A DNA stretch of 64,000 nucleotides from the human T2T-CHM13v2.0 reference genome, Homo sapiens. Of this stretch, positions 1 to 13,906 are shown in pieces. The translations under genes were made by a program, and so were the position numbers. Where the stretch lies: assembly GCF_009914755.1 (NCBI RefSeq), contig NC_060938.1; one strand, 5' to 3'. The notes below the pieces were generated by a model. The model had not been told where the DNA came from, made no database searches, and was given only the letters and a program-made list of their open reading frames with translations. Position 1 is the first letter of the stretch. Each line of letters starts with the position of its first letter.

Positions 1-174
1 GACTAGAACCCCTGGAGCTCACTTCCATACCCGGAGCCTTGGTGGGAATGCGGAAGGCTGGGCTCATCTCTCATCCCAACTATTCTCAGGGCTTTCATTA
101 CACATGGCCTCTGCATGTGGTCTCTCATCAAGATCTCTCTAGGGCTTCCAATATTACAAAAGTGGAAGGTGCCA

Positions 175-368
175 GGCCTTTTTAATGTTTAGGCCAGAAC
201 TGCCACAATATTATTTCTACTGCATTCTCATGCATACATAAGAACCATGAATGTGACATTACTTGGAAAAGGGCCTTTTTAATGTTTAGGCCAGAACTGC
301 CACAATATTATTTCTACTGCATTCTCATGCATACATAAGAACCATGAATGTGACATTACTTGGAAAAG
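175..368. repeat. Perfect 97-bp direct tandem duplication (175-271 = 272-368) in old MaLR-type LTR sequence
   Basis: ggcctttttaatgtttaggccagaactgcc...gacattacttggaaaag occurs twice back to back; ggcct microhomology at the junctions. Confidence 0.95.
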
Positions 369-559
369 GGGCCTCTGTAAATATAATTAAAATTGAGTCA
401 TAGAGCCAACCCAGAGTCAACATAGAAGGGAAATACACAAGGGCATGAATATCAGAAGCACGATTTTGAGGGCATCTTTGGATACTAACTCCCACAAGAG
501 CTAACTAAGTAAACATATTCCTATGCCAGATAGATATCAGAGTGCTAATGAAGCATAAC

Positions 560-597
560 ACATGACCTTGATAATCCAGTAATTATCAAGGTCATGT
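560..597. repeat. Perfect inverted repeat, 16-bp arms, 6-nt loop
   Basis: acatgaccttgataat-ccagta-attatcaaggtcatgt. Confidence 0.95.
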
Positions 598-859
598 CAA
601 TTTGAACTTCCAAATACTGCTCGTATCTGTTTCTCTATTTCTATATTGCTTACTGCTTTCCTAATTTAGGCATTCAGCACCTCTCACTTGGATGATTGCA
701 ATGGCTTCCTAATTGTCTTCCTGCCTCTATTCTCAACTCTTTGAATCTAACTTCTACATGGCAACTAGAGTTATTATAAAATGTATCTAATAAGATCACT
801 TCCTGCCTCCCTTTGGGTAGTAAGGAACCACTAGAAGTTGAAACTCTGTATTAAAACTA

Positions 860-1175
<316 letters not shown>

Positions 1176-2289
1176 AATACAAGGCCATCTACAGAATCCT
1201 GTTTACCTTCTATTTTAATCTTCCATCCTTCTCTCATATATGTAATATATATATATTTATATTATATATATTTATATATTATATATGTATATTTAAATTC
1301 TAACCCTTTATGTGAATATTAAGGGCCTTCCTAAATCTGACCCCTTTTCCCAGAATATATTTTTCCCATTGTAATATGCACACAGGTCTACTCACCCTTT
1401 ATGGCCCAATTCAGGCATTATTTATTTTTTATCTGAGATTTCATAGAATCTCATAGAATCTGAGATTTCATAGAATAACACTTGTAACATCTTATTATAA
1501 ATATTTTTGAATCTGATCCTCTCTTACAATTGTTTTGACAAAAATATTTGCCACTGAGAGCTATTATATGTTTATATTCAATGGAAATGTTTCCTACTAG
1601 GAAATGCAGAGATTCAGTCTAAGAGTGCAGAGATTTCTTTTACTCCTTGAACCAATGCATGGCCAGCTTCCCTTCTCTTCCTTTAGTAAATTTCCACTTC
1701 CAACCATAAGATCTAGAGAGAGGCTACAAGACAGACCATGCTGCGAGTTGGGAAAGGGCAAGCTTGACCCGGGCGAGATTCCTCTGTCTGGGTTTATGCC
1801 TCCTACGTAAACTGCACCAGTACTGCTGCCCTGGATGAAGAGAAGAGGATTTCTAAAGCCCCCACAGGTGCTCCTTGCACACTCCTTGCTCTTCTTGAAT
1901 GGGGAAGGAGTCCTTATTGCCTTAAAATTGTTAGCTTTGTCTTCATTTTGAGATCCAAATCCAATATTCCTACGAAGGAAAAAAAAGCATCCCAGTGGCA
2001 TGCATTTCAAAAGTTTATCTTAATTCACAAGATTTGCCATTTTTCAGCACATCCGAAAACTGCTTCTTGGTCTGTTTCCATTTCATGCAGTAATTCAGAT
2101 TTAGATTCACTTTTTACCCTACACAAAATGTTGAGATTTCCGCCATTAATACATTTACAAGGCAACACTTTAAAGACATTAGATTTCTTGTAGTGGGTTG
2201 AATGATGACAGAAGATATGTCCATGTCCTAATCCCTAGAAATAGTGAATGTGGTGTTATTTGAAAAAGGGTCTTTGCAAATGTAATTGA

Positions 2290-2669
<380 letters not shown>

Positions 2670-2701
2670 GACAACTGTTCTTTTAAGAAACACACGGATG
2701 A

Positions 2702-2996
2702 GGCTGGGCACATTGGCTCATGCCTGTAATCCCAGCACTTTGGGAGGCTGAGGCGGGCGAATCACCTGAGGTCAGGAGTTCGAGACTAGCCTGGCCAACA
2801 TGGTGAAACCCTGTCTTTACTAAAAATACAAAAATTAGCCAGGCATGGTGATGCACACCTGTAATCACAGCTACTCGGGAGGCTGAGGCAGGAGAATCGC
2901 TTGAACCTGGGAGGTGGAGGTTGCTGTGAGCCACTGCACTCCAGCCTGGGTAACATAGTGAGACTCTGTCTCAGGAAAAAAAAAAAAAAAAAAAAA
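2702..2996 (+). mobile_element. AluS SINE
   Basis: Alu dimer with A tail; TSD aagaa(a/g)cacac(g/a)gatga. Confidence 0.95.
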
Positions 2997-4038
2997 GAAG
3001 CACACAGATGAGAAGGCCATCTAAAGACAGCGGGGTAGAGGTTGCAATTATGCAGCCACATCCAAGGGATGCCTGGAGCCACCGGAGGCTGGAAAAGATG
3101 AGGAAGGATCCTCCCCTAGAACGTTCAGAGGGAACATGGCCCTGCTGACACCTTAATTTCAGACTTCTGGCCTCTAGGGGTATAAAGAAAATAAATTTTT
3201 GTCAAGCCACCAAGTTTGTTTGCTACGGCAACCCTAGGAAAGTAGTATCTCCTAAAGGTGATATTTCTAAATAGCTACAACCAAACCTTGATTGTTTTTA
3301 TAGAAGGGCACATTGTCAACCAATACCATTTGAATATGGTATTGATATGGTTCTAATATTTTAATACTTTTTGGAATATTTTAAGTTTAAATCGTGACAC
3401 AGTGTATATACAAACACACACTTTTTTTTTATCATTTAATGAACACCTGAGTATCCACTATTTACCCGCTATTAGAGTAGGACATGTTGGTGAATAATAG
3501 ACAAATACTTTCCAATAGAAATTGATTATCTGTTAGATAAGACTTTTTTTCTAATTATATTAATGTCTTCCCTCATCACGCTGGCATGTGTAAAAGTAAC
3601 ATAGTGGGATGGCAGACATGATCTCTAAATTGGATAATTTACCAGGGAAATCAGGGTGACGAAAGAGAAATTTGTATTTCTTATCGTCTGTTTTGAGGTA
3701 ATGCGTTGTCTAACAATAAATCACAAGTGTCTCCCACATTTATTAAAAAGTCTGTGACCTAATATGTCCCATTAAGGCACTTATAAGCATGTGCTACATG
3801 GCACAACATGATGCTTAGTGACAATGGAAGCGACAAAATGGAACTTTCTCTTTTCTTCGGATGCCCTAGTTTTAAATCACAGACTCCATTTTTAAGAGGC
3901 AAATTATTCCTCCTTGAACAATGTCACCATCAGTAAACTCTTTTCTTCCAATCCTTGACACACATACATACCACCTAAATTAGAAAGCAGCTTTATTAAT
4001 AAAATAATCTGTTGTCAAATCAGCAATGTTTGAGTCCA

Positions 4039-4053
4039 CCACAGGGGGGCAGC
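4039..4053 (+). promoter_or_regulatory. CTCF-like motif in TRAV25 promoter region
   Basis: CCACAGGGGGGCAGC about 200 bp upstream of the ATG; resembles the CTCF core CCASYAGRKGGCRS. Confidence 0.6.
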
Positions 4054-4254
4054 ATCGGCAAACATAGACTCTCCTCTGAGAGGGTGGGCAAAATAGTGTG
4101 ATTGGTTTTCTCAACTTGCAGTCACCTCTTTCCCTTTCTTTCCAAAATGCACACATCTACTTTCCAAAATAGACCGCAACTATTTCTATTGATCTGGAAG
4201 AAGCTTGTACCAGGCAACCCATTTAGGAGAAGTTGGATGAAGAGGGAGAGGGAG

Positions 4255-4863
4255 ATGCTACTCATCACATCAATGTTGGTCTTATGGATGCAATTGTCAC
4301 GTGAGTTTGAGACGTCCCTGACTGCTTCCAGAGAATAAATCCAACAGGATAGAGAAGTATCTGCAGGCAGGGAATGGACTTTCTGTTTGAGAAACAAGAG
4401 TTAAGACAAAGGGAGAGAAACAGAGAGAAAGAGACAGAATGGATAAAGGTTGAGGGAGATGGGAAGGGAGACGTGGACAGAAAGGGGAAAAAAGAAAAGA
4501 GGAGTGAGAGAGACCTGCGTAGCTCAGGAGCTAAATATCTAATCTGATTTTATGTGATGCTTCCCATTGTCTTTCTAAACAGAGGTGAATGGACAACAGG
4601 TAATGCAAATTCCTCAGTACCAGCATGTACAAGAAGGAGAGGACTTCACCACGTACTGCAATTCCTCAACTACTTTAAGCAATATACAGTGGTATAAGCA
4701 AAGGCCTGGTGGACATCCCGTTTTTTTGATACAGTTAGTGAAGAGTGGAGAAGTGAAGAAGCAGAAAAGACTGACATTTCAGTTTGGAGAAGCAAAAAAG
4801 AACAGCTCCCTGCACATCACAGCCACCCAGACTACAGATGTAGGAACCTACTTCTGTGCAGGG
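4255..4863 (+). CDS. TRAV25: T-cell receptor alpha variable 25 (leader 4255-4300, V exon 4583-4863)
   Basis: [53 protein letters not shown]...DVGTYFCAG; GT-AG intron 4301-4582; conserved Cys/Trp/Cys. Confidence 0.97.
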
Positions 4864-4902
4864 CACAGTGCTCCCCAAGCACCTGCTGCCTGTCTCCAAA
4901 TC
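4864..4902 (+). other. 23-RSS of TRAV25
   Basis: cacagtg + 23 nt + ctccaaatc. Confidence 0.95.
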
Positions 4903-5199
4903 TTGCCCTGGGTCTTCAGGAGCAGATCATCCTACTCTCCCCAAAGAGCAGGCGCCAGAGAAAGCCAAAGTCACAATGTCTGTGAGGATCTCGAGCAACT
5001 CCTCCCCATGGCAGTAGGAATGCATGTAGAAATTCACTCTGTTAAGACCTGGAAGAGTTTAGCAGTTTTAGTTCCTAAAACTTAACTACCGGTTTTCTTC
5101 TACACAGGTGTCTCAAAGAATTCTAATTGTCTTAGGAAGAATCGGTGGATTTTAACAAATTGTGATACAGATATTTATATAAAAAGTCATCTTTCAGTG

Positions 5200-5536
5200 C
5201 AGTGGTCCCCAACATTTTTGGCATCAGGGACCGGTTTTGTTGAAGACAATTTTTCCACGGAGAGGGTGGGGTGATGGTTTCGGGATGAAACTGTTTACCT
5301 CAGATTATCAGGAATTAGTTAGATTATCTTAAGGAGCGAGCAGCCTAGATCCCTCGCATGCGCGGTTCGCAATAGGGTTCGGGCTCCTATGAGAATCTAA
5401 TGCCACTGCTGATCTCACAGGAGGCGGAGCTCTAGCAGTAATGCTCACCTGCCGCTCACTTCCTGCTCTGCGGCCAGGTTCCTAACAGGCCACAGAATGG
5501 TACAGATTCCCTGCCGCCAGGGGTTTGGGACCCCTG
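5200..5536 (+). mobile_element. MER1B-like hAT-Charlie DNA transposon
   Basis: TIRs cagtggtccccaac...gtttgggacccctg; degenerate 8-bp TSD tttcagtg/tttgggtg. Confidence 0.85.
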
Positions 5537-7147
5537 TTTGGGTGGTAGCAGAGGTTTCCAAGCAGTTTCTTTAAGGTTTTAGCTCAATTGTATTGCGGAA
5601 GATTTGAAAATTAAACATTTTTCATTATGTACACAAAACTTAAAAGAAGTTTACGACCAACTCCCTGAAGAGTCACCTCTGTAGAACTCATCTGCTTCAA
5701 TGCAACGCAGTCCAACATAGCATAAAGATTATGCAGGCGGTAACCACCTTTCCAGAGAACTGAGTGAAAAGAGCTCTTTTTAAAATGAGGAGTTTAGACG
5801 AAACTGGAAGGTGACCCATGAAGAGATTTAGGCATGGTCTCTTTTTCACTCTTCCAACTGCAATTATATTCGCCAAGCCCAGATGAAGCTGATGATTCAA
5901 GTTCCGTTAGCCATGTTCATTGGTCTAACTACGGGGAAAAGTCAGCCATAGATTTCAAAGTGTGTTCACTGACTTGACCAATTACTTTATTTCTCAGTAC
6001 TTACAAAGATTTTTATCTTGGGAAAGAGAGGATAAAAATACAACTGTATTGGAGAGTTTAAACATTAAAATCAACTGAGATTGGTCAGCTAAATGGTCAA
6101 ATAAAGTTTTTGCACCTTTTTAATAAAAAGTTTTGTAGCCATAAAATTATTGTGATGAAAATTTTGTAACATAGGAATTAAGTTAATTTATCAAATGAAC
6201 AAAGTCAAATACAAAATAGTACTATGCCACTTATAAAACAAAATAATATATGTATATAGAAAAATATGGATGGGAGCACACGCATGTTTAGGTTAATTTC
6301 TAAGAGCACCGTAATTATTTAGTAGTTGTTTTCATCCATTATAACATTTCCAAGGCTATTTCAGAGTTGTGCCAAAAACAGTTATGTTAAAATTATTGTA
6401 AAAATTATTTTCTCCTCTTCTGTCATAGCCTTGGCCCTTTTGCACACGGATCCTCTCAAACTGACCTTTTTTTCGGGGGAGGGGAGGGGAAGGTGGGTCT
6501 TTCTCCCACAAAGTTTTCCTTCCTTTCTCTTTTTTTCTTTCATACGTTTTCTGTGTTTTTCTGCTACAATCATGCCAAAGTACAAAATAATACTAATTAA
6601 CAAAATCACAAGCACTAGAAAACAGACATGAATTATAAAAGGCCTCATAAATAATTCTGGAAAGATCAAAAAGTGACCTTTACAGCCAGTAGGGGAGTGA
6701 TTTCATCCATCAAAACAGCTGCCAGAGATGATTCACATCAGAAGTAAAAAAACAAAAAACAAAAAACAAAAACCACAAACACCACCTTACCAGTATAATT
6801 AGGATCTCGTTTTGATTCTTTACCAAATTTAAGGAGAGTATGGTCTGATATTTCTTGGTTTCCCTCACTGATTGTTTCTCTTTTCTTCCCAGTGTATCTT
6901 TTATTAAGCACACATGAGGGGCTGTCATCCTTTGATTCTCCAATATTTTCTGTCTGGGAGACCCCATGTACAGAAACAAGGGGTGGACTGACAGTTTCAA
7001 TTTGACTCTAGTGTCAAATTGAAGTGTTTGGCTACTTCCTCCAAAATCTTTCTTCATAGGATTTTTTTTTTGAAGGTTTTCTCAAAGACTACACCTAACT
7101 ACTGTACAAAAACACATCAGTAGAGTCTGCTTAAAAGACCTCCTTCA

Positions 7148-7258
7148 AGGTTTCAGTGAGCATAGATCGCACCACTGCACTCCAGCCTGGGTGACAGAGT
7201 GAGACTCCATCTCAAAATATAAAATGAAATAAAATAAAAATAAAAATAAAAATAAAAT
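7148..7258 (+). mobile_element. 5'-truncated Alu (3' end of right arm plus tail)
   Basis: cagtgagcatagatcgcaccactgcactccagcctggg...; 15-bp TSD aaaagacctccttca at 7133-7147 and 7259-7273. Confidence 0.92.
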
Positions 7259-7619
7259 AAAAGACCTCCTTCAGAAGGCATTAATCATGTCTTTCTTCCT
7301 TTTTATCTCTCTTTCTTTCCTTCCTTCCTTCCTTCCTTTCTTTTTTTTCTTTCTTTTTTTTTGTCACATCCAATCTGTATCTCCATGCTGTCTAGAGTGA
7401 TTAGAGTGATTCTCTATCCTTTACAGCAATGGGGCGCATTAGTCCACATCTCTGTTTTTCTTGCTCACTCACAGGAGATAAGATTAAAAACAGGTAAGGA
7501 TAATATTGTTTTATGAAGCAGGTATTATAATTTCAAACTTATAAAGAAAGAAATTGAAACCTCAAGATATTAAGTAACTTACATCTACTCACTTATAAGA
7601 ATGGATAAAGTTCAAATAT

Positions 7620-10550
7620 ATGAGAATATCAGTACTGGTTAGGCTACACATCAGCTGGAACTCTCATACATTGCTGATAGGAAAGAGAAATGATCAGCAC
7701 TTTGTAAAACAGGTTGGCAGTTCTTACAAAGTTAAACTTCACTTACAATATGATTCATCAATCCCTCTCCTATGTATTTAGCCAAGAGAAATAAAAGTTA
7801 TGTTCGCATAAAAATTTCCATGTGAATGTTTACAGAAGCTTAATTCATAATTACTAAAACCTGGGAACGATCAGATGTCCTTCACCTGGAGAATGGTTAA
7901 ACACATTGTGGTTCATCCATATGATTGAGTACTACTCAGCAACAAAAAGAAATGAAATATTGACTCATGCAACAACATGGATGAATCTTCAACGTGTCTT
8001 GGTAAATAAAAGAAACTAAGTCTAAAGGACTACATATTGTGTGAGTTTATTTATATTATTAATACATATGGGTAGAAGCAAAACTATAAAGATAGGAAAC
8101 AGATCAAAGGGTTGGTGAGAACTGTACCATAGACCTGTATACCGCAAAAAGTAAATCTTACTGTGTATAAATTTTTTAATAATTAGAATGTGAGTGGAAC
8201 CCCAAAAGAAATAGAAAGTGTAACAAATGCTTCCAACAATATTATAGTGAATAATGTAAACACAGTGACACTGTCTTTAATGTGGAAGAAAATAACTAAC
8301 CTAAATAATTTTTGAAAACAGTATTTTGAATAGATATTGTAAGACTAAAGGCAAAAGAATGGCACACAAATACCATTCTGTAGTTAATAAATTTGTTTCT
8401 CAAGGGGTATAGGCTAGCAATTCTTAAAGTAATTTATGTGAGCATTTGGATTGAACAAATGTGTATAAGTAAAATATATAATAGATCATAGATCATGAGA
8501 GCCAGATTTCTCACTGTTGGGAAAAGTAATAAATAATGAAGGGAGAAATCTATGCAGACCCAGTGGAGTTGAACTCATATTTTTTTAAACATTCATACAT
8601 ATAGGTTGATACATAAATAAAATTATTAGGAGACTTGAGTGCTTTCTGATGCCCAACAGCAAAGGACAAGCCTGTGGTTACTTTATTCAAATTGATTCAA
8701 AAGCCTGAAAGACTTTCAGCAAAGTAGATAAGAAATGTCTGGGAAACCTAGGTGGTCTTAATATTAGGAAAGATAACAGAATTTGTGTTGTCACCATATT
8801 TAGTTCTGTCAGCGTATCTCTTTGGTTTTTGTATTGAGGTATAATATGCATATAGTAAAGTGCATGAACATTCATCAAATGTTTGTGAACGTTTTAGTTA
8901 TGCACATACCTGTGTAATAATCCTCCACCAATCAAGATGCAGAATATTTCCACCAACCCAGAAATTATTTCATTCCTCTTTTCAATCAATACCCACCTCT
9001 AGAGATAACCACTATTTTGATTTCTATTGCCTTAGATTAGTTTTGCTTTCTCTTGAATTTCATATTAATGAAATCATGCATTACATTTTATATGTTTCTT
9101 ATGTTGAATACTGTTCCATTGTATGAATATGTCATCTTGTTTATCTACTTCTCTGGTAATAGAAATTTGTGTTGTTTCCAGTTTGGGGCTATGATGAATA
9201 CAACTGCTATAAATGTTCTTATGTAAGTCTTTTTGTGGACATGTGAAATTGTTGAACCTTCTTATATAACTTTTATTGTTGTAGTAGAATCTCTGGGTCA
9301 TAGGACAGGCGTATCTTTAACCTTATTAGAAACTTCCAAGGCATTTTTGAGGTTATATCATTATGGAAAGGAGTTTCAATTCTCCATAACCTTGCTAGTA
9401 CTTAATATTGTTGACATGTATTTTTAAACTTTTTAATTTTGAGATTATTATAAATTCACATATATTTTAAAAAATTAAGACAGATCATATGTATCCTTTA
9501 CTCAGTTTACTCCAGTGGTGTAAAACTATAGTACAATATCACAACCAGGATATTGACGTTGACTCAGTCAAGGCACAGAACATTTCTATCACCGCGAGGA
9601 TGCTTTCTGTTGTCCTTTTGTAGCCATATTCATTTCCTCTCTGCTCCCATCCCCTCCTTCATCCCTAGGAACTATTAATCTGTCCTTCATTTCTATAATT
9701 TTGTAATTCCATATATGTTATATAAATGACCTTTGGGGATTGACTTTTTAAACTCAGCATACCGCTGTATTTTGTGTCTTGCCAAACTCGAGAAGTTTTT
9801 GGCTTTTACTTCTTTGATACTTTTTCAGCCTTGCCCTTTTTCCTTTTTAGTGCTCTGATGAAAGGAATGTTAGATATTTTGTTATAGTCCTGCAATTCCC
9901 TGAGGCTTGGTTCATTTTTTTAATCATTCTATTTTCCCTTTGTTATTCAGATTGAGTAATTTCTTCTGTTCTACCTTCCAGTTCACTAATAATTTTCTCT
10001 GTCCACTCCATTTTGCTATTGAGCCCATCTGGTGGACTTTTTATTTCAGCTACATTTTTAAGTTCTAAAATTTCCATTTTATATCTTGGTTCTTTTTTAT
10101 GTATCTTACTTCTTTGCTGAGATTTCTATTTCCACCTGAAGCTTTCTGTTTCTTTATTTGTTTCCAGCATGTCTGTAGTTGCCCTTCGAAACATTTTCAT
10201 CATGGCTGCTTTAATATCTTTGTCAGGTAATTTTACCATCGCTTTCATCTCAGGGTTGGCATCTATTGATTGTCTCTTTAAAATTCTGTTTGAGATCTTC
10301 TTGGTTCTGAGTATATTGAGTGATTTTTTTTATTGAAATCTGAACATTTGAGTATTGTGTTTGAAACTCTGGATCTTATTTAAAATTTTTGTTTTTTCTC
10401 CTTTTCTCTGATGCCACTCCAGCAGGGGAAGGGGAACACCGCCTTACTACCTGGTAGAGATAGAATCCAGGGTCCCCATTCAACCTCATTGACATCAGAG
10501 GGCAGGGAGGATCGTCAAACTGCCAGGTGGGGGTTGGACTTCTGGGTCCC
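7620..10550. mobile_element. Nested old L1M fragments (L1MB/MC/ME types, both strands)
   Basis: L1 3' motifs such as gcaacaacatggatgaatctt and gtttccagtttggggctatgatgaat; boundaries approximate. Confidence 0.75.
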
Positions 10551-10556
10551 TATGTA

Positions 10557-11604
10557 CAGATGAGTCTTGAAAAACATGAGGGTTTGGGGCACCAACCTCC
10601 AAGCATTCAAAAATTTGTATACAACTTTTGGCTCCCCCAAAACTTAACTACTGATAGCCTACTGTTGACTAGAAGCCTTACTGATAACATAAAAAATCAA
10701 TTAACACATATTTTATATGTTATATGTACTATATACCACATTCTTACAATAAAGTAAACTAGAGAAAAGTAAATGATTTTAAGAGAATCATAAGAAAGAA
10801 AAAAATATGTTTACAGTACCATACTGTATATAGCAGTTCTGTAAGTTTATGTAGTCTGTTCACAAGATGAATCATCTGTCTGAAATTGCAGGCAACTCCA
10901 ATTGCAGCTGCAGCTTAATATCAAGCAATAAAGTTTTTTCTTGTAAGGTCATGACTTTTCTCTGCTTCTTGGGCGCACTTCCAGCATCACTAGTGGAATT
11001 TTGTATGGATTCCATGGTGTTATTCAAGGTTTACACTATTGCACTAAACACAGCGAAAAGTGTGGGAGATCGGTGAGAGATGACTTTTTACTGCAATGCG
11101 CAAATGGCTAGAGAGATGAACTGCTCATGTGGAGAGAATTAGCATTGCATTTTAAGTAGGTATTCACAAACTTGAGCTCACTGCAACAGCAACAGAAGGT
11201 GGCTACAAAATTATTACAGTAGTATAGTATGTACTATAGTTAATTTTATGCAGTTGTGATTTAATACTGCATCTTTAAGTTTGTTTGCATTTCTCTGGAC
11301 TCCAAGTGCCGCCACATACACTCTGTGTTTATGTGCTTAAGTTTTGATACATTTAAAATTTTTATAATAAATTTGTGTATGTTTTATGGTAGTAAGTGAT
11401 AAAATAGACTAGTATTTACATGCATTTTACACATTCATGACATATCTTTTTCTTAATTTTATTGATATTTTTAGACTACGTTGTGTGTTTGCAAGTTTTT
11501 TTCAACTTTTTGCAAATCTCAAAAAATTTTTCCAATATATTTATTGAAAAAAAGTTCGCATATAGGTGGACCCATACAGGTCAAACTTGTTCAAGGGTCA
11601 ACTG
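10557..11604 (+). mobile_element. Tigger2-family (Tigger2b-like) TcMar DNA transposon
   Basis: TA-flanked TIRs cagatgagtcttgaaaaaca...tgttcaagggtcaactg; about 1.05 kb. Confidence 0.85.
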
Positions 11605-11609
11605 TAGTC

Positions 11610-12800
11610 TCCACTGTAATTTATTTTTCTTTCTTTATGGTTAGGGTTTTTTGTGCACTTTTAAAGATATTGCTGTCCACTTCTAATATAATACAGTTGT
11701 TCTCCTGTGTCTTCTTTTAAAACTTTATAGCTTCACCCTTCACATTTAGATGTCTGACCCATCTGGAATGTGTGTGTGTGTGTGTGTGTGTCTGTGTCTG
11801 TGTGTGTGTGTGTCTGTGTGTGTCTGTGTGTGTGTGTTTATATATGATTAAACAATTACTTTGGCATCTATATTGAAAAGACCATTTCTTCCCCACTGAA
11901 TTGCATTGGCACCTTTGGAGAAAATCAAGTGATTACATATGTGTTCATCTATTTCTGGGCATGATTCTGTTAAATCATCTTTTTAACAATTCTCATACCA
12001 ATAGACCATTTTCTCTTAATTATTGAAGTTTCACATAAGTCTTGAAATCTGGAAATGCAATTCCTCCAACTATCCCCCACCTTTTTCTTCAAGATTGTCT
12101 AGCTTGCTATAGGATTTAAATTTCCATAGAAATTGCAAAACAGATTCTCAAACTTCTACCACAACAAATTTCTAGTAATTTGATTCAAATTTGCTGAGTT
12201 TATGATCAGGTTGAGAAAATTGATAATTTAAATATGGATTCCTTAGATTTATAAATATAGCTCTTCATTTATTTAGGTCCTCTCTAATTCCTTTTATTAA
12301 TGTTTTATAATTTTCATTTTAATGAACTTTCATATCCTTAATTAAATTCATTCATTTATTTCATTGTAAATGGCATTTTTATTTTATTTTCCAATTGTTT
12401 TTAGCTAGAATCTAGAAATACAATGGAATTTTTTATTCAATGACTGTGCAATTCATCCATTAGTTCTAGTAGTTTCTTTACAGATCCTTTTAAATTTTTT
12501 TATATTCAAATTATGTTATCTATGCAGAAGAAGAATTTTACTTATTCCTTTCCCAAATGTATGCATTTTATTTTCTTTCCTGACTTGATGCCAGTTATTC
12601 CAATGCGATAATAAATGGAAGTGTGATAATGTATCTTGTTCCTAACCTCAGAGAAAAAATGTTTAGTATTTTACCATTAATTACAATGTTAGCCTTGGAT
12701 ATTTTTATAGATACCTTTTATCAGATTAAGGACTCTTTTCTACATTTCTAGATTGTTGAGAGTATTCATCATGTGAGGGTATTGGCCTTGTATCAAATTC
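11610..12800 (-). mobile_element. Old L1M fragment containing a (TG/TC)n microsatellite at about 11769-11837
   Basis: ttgaaaagaccatttcttccccactgaattgcattggcacctttg is antisense L1 ORF2 sequence. Confidence 0.75.
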
Positions 12801-13547
12801 TCTTGTGTGTGTAAGTTTTGATAAATTTAAACTTTTAAAAATAGATTTGTATATATTTTATGGTGGTAAATCATAAAGAAGTTAAAATAAGTTGAACTCA
12901 TTATTTTGGTTTTTCATCAAGCAAAGGAGGAGAAAACCTTACCCATTATGATCTTAGAGATCATGTAATCTTCTAAAATGTAAGATACTCTGCGAATACT
13001 CAGTAGATTGGACAAATACATTTTTTATTCTTTAGAGCTATGCAAAATACTTAATGGTTTTTCAATACCATTAAAAAATCACCTGTTAGTGGCCTCAATT
13101 GTCTTCCAAAAAATAAAGGCGAACAAACCAAAAGCAAAAAAGGAAATTGCATTAATTACTTTTCTTCTGCCTTTGTTAATGTAACAACATGATATAGTCC
13201 TCCCTACTTTCAGTAATTGTTTGTTTCTTCTTATATTTTCGGCAGTACTGTCCTGTTAACTTACATCTTTGTGATCTGGTACAGAGTAGGCTCTTAGTGA
13301 ATATTTTTTAAATGAATGGAATATTATTACTATGACTTTTACTCTATATCTTTGTAGCTTGATTTTTCACACCCGTGTTGGGGAAATTTATTGTCTATCA
13401 TTGAATTTTTGCCTACAAATCTGACCCTGTGTTTACCCCATTGTAGTCTTTTGTTCAAAATCTATTCCAGAAAACTGAAAGAGTGCACAGACAATAATTT
13501 AAAGATTTGCTCAGCATAAGTTCTCTCAGTAAATTTGTCAGTTATGA

Positions 13548-13906
<359 letters not shown>

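Noticed and set aside
1597-2010. 137-aa minus-strand ORF
   Set aside because: No recognisable domain, V motifs or splice structure; length compatible with chance
3398-3425. Isolated cacagtg/cactgtg heptamers (also at 8261, 19994, 20138 and 52169)
   Set aside because: No credible nonamer at 12 or 23 spacing; several lie inside L1
4864-5085. ORF extensions beyond the V exons (also at TRAV26-1, TRAV8-7 and TRAV29/DV5)
   Set aside because: Read-through of RSS or intron sequence in germline configuration, not part of the rearranged protein
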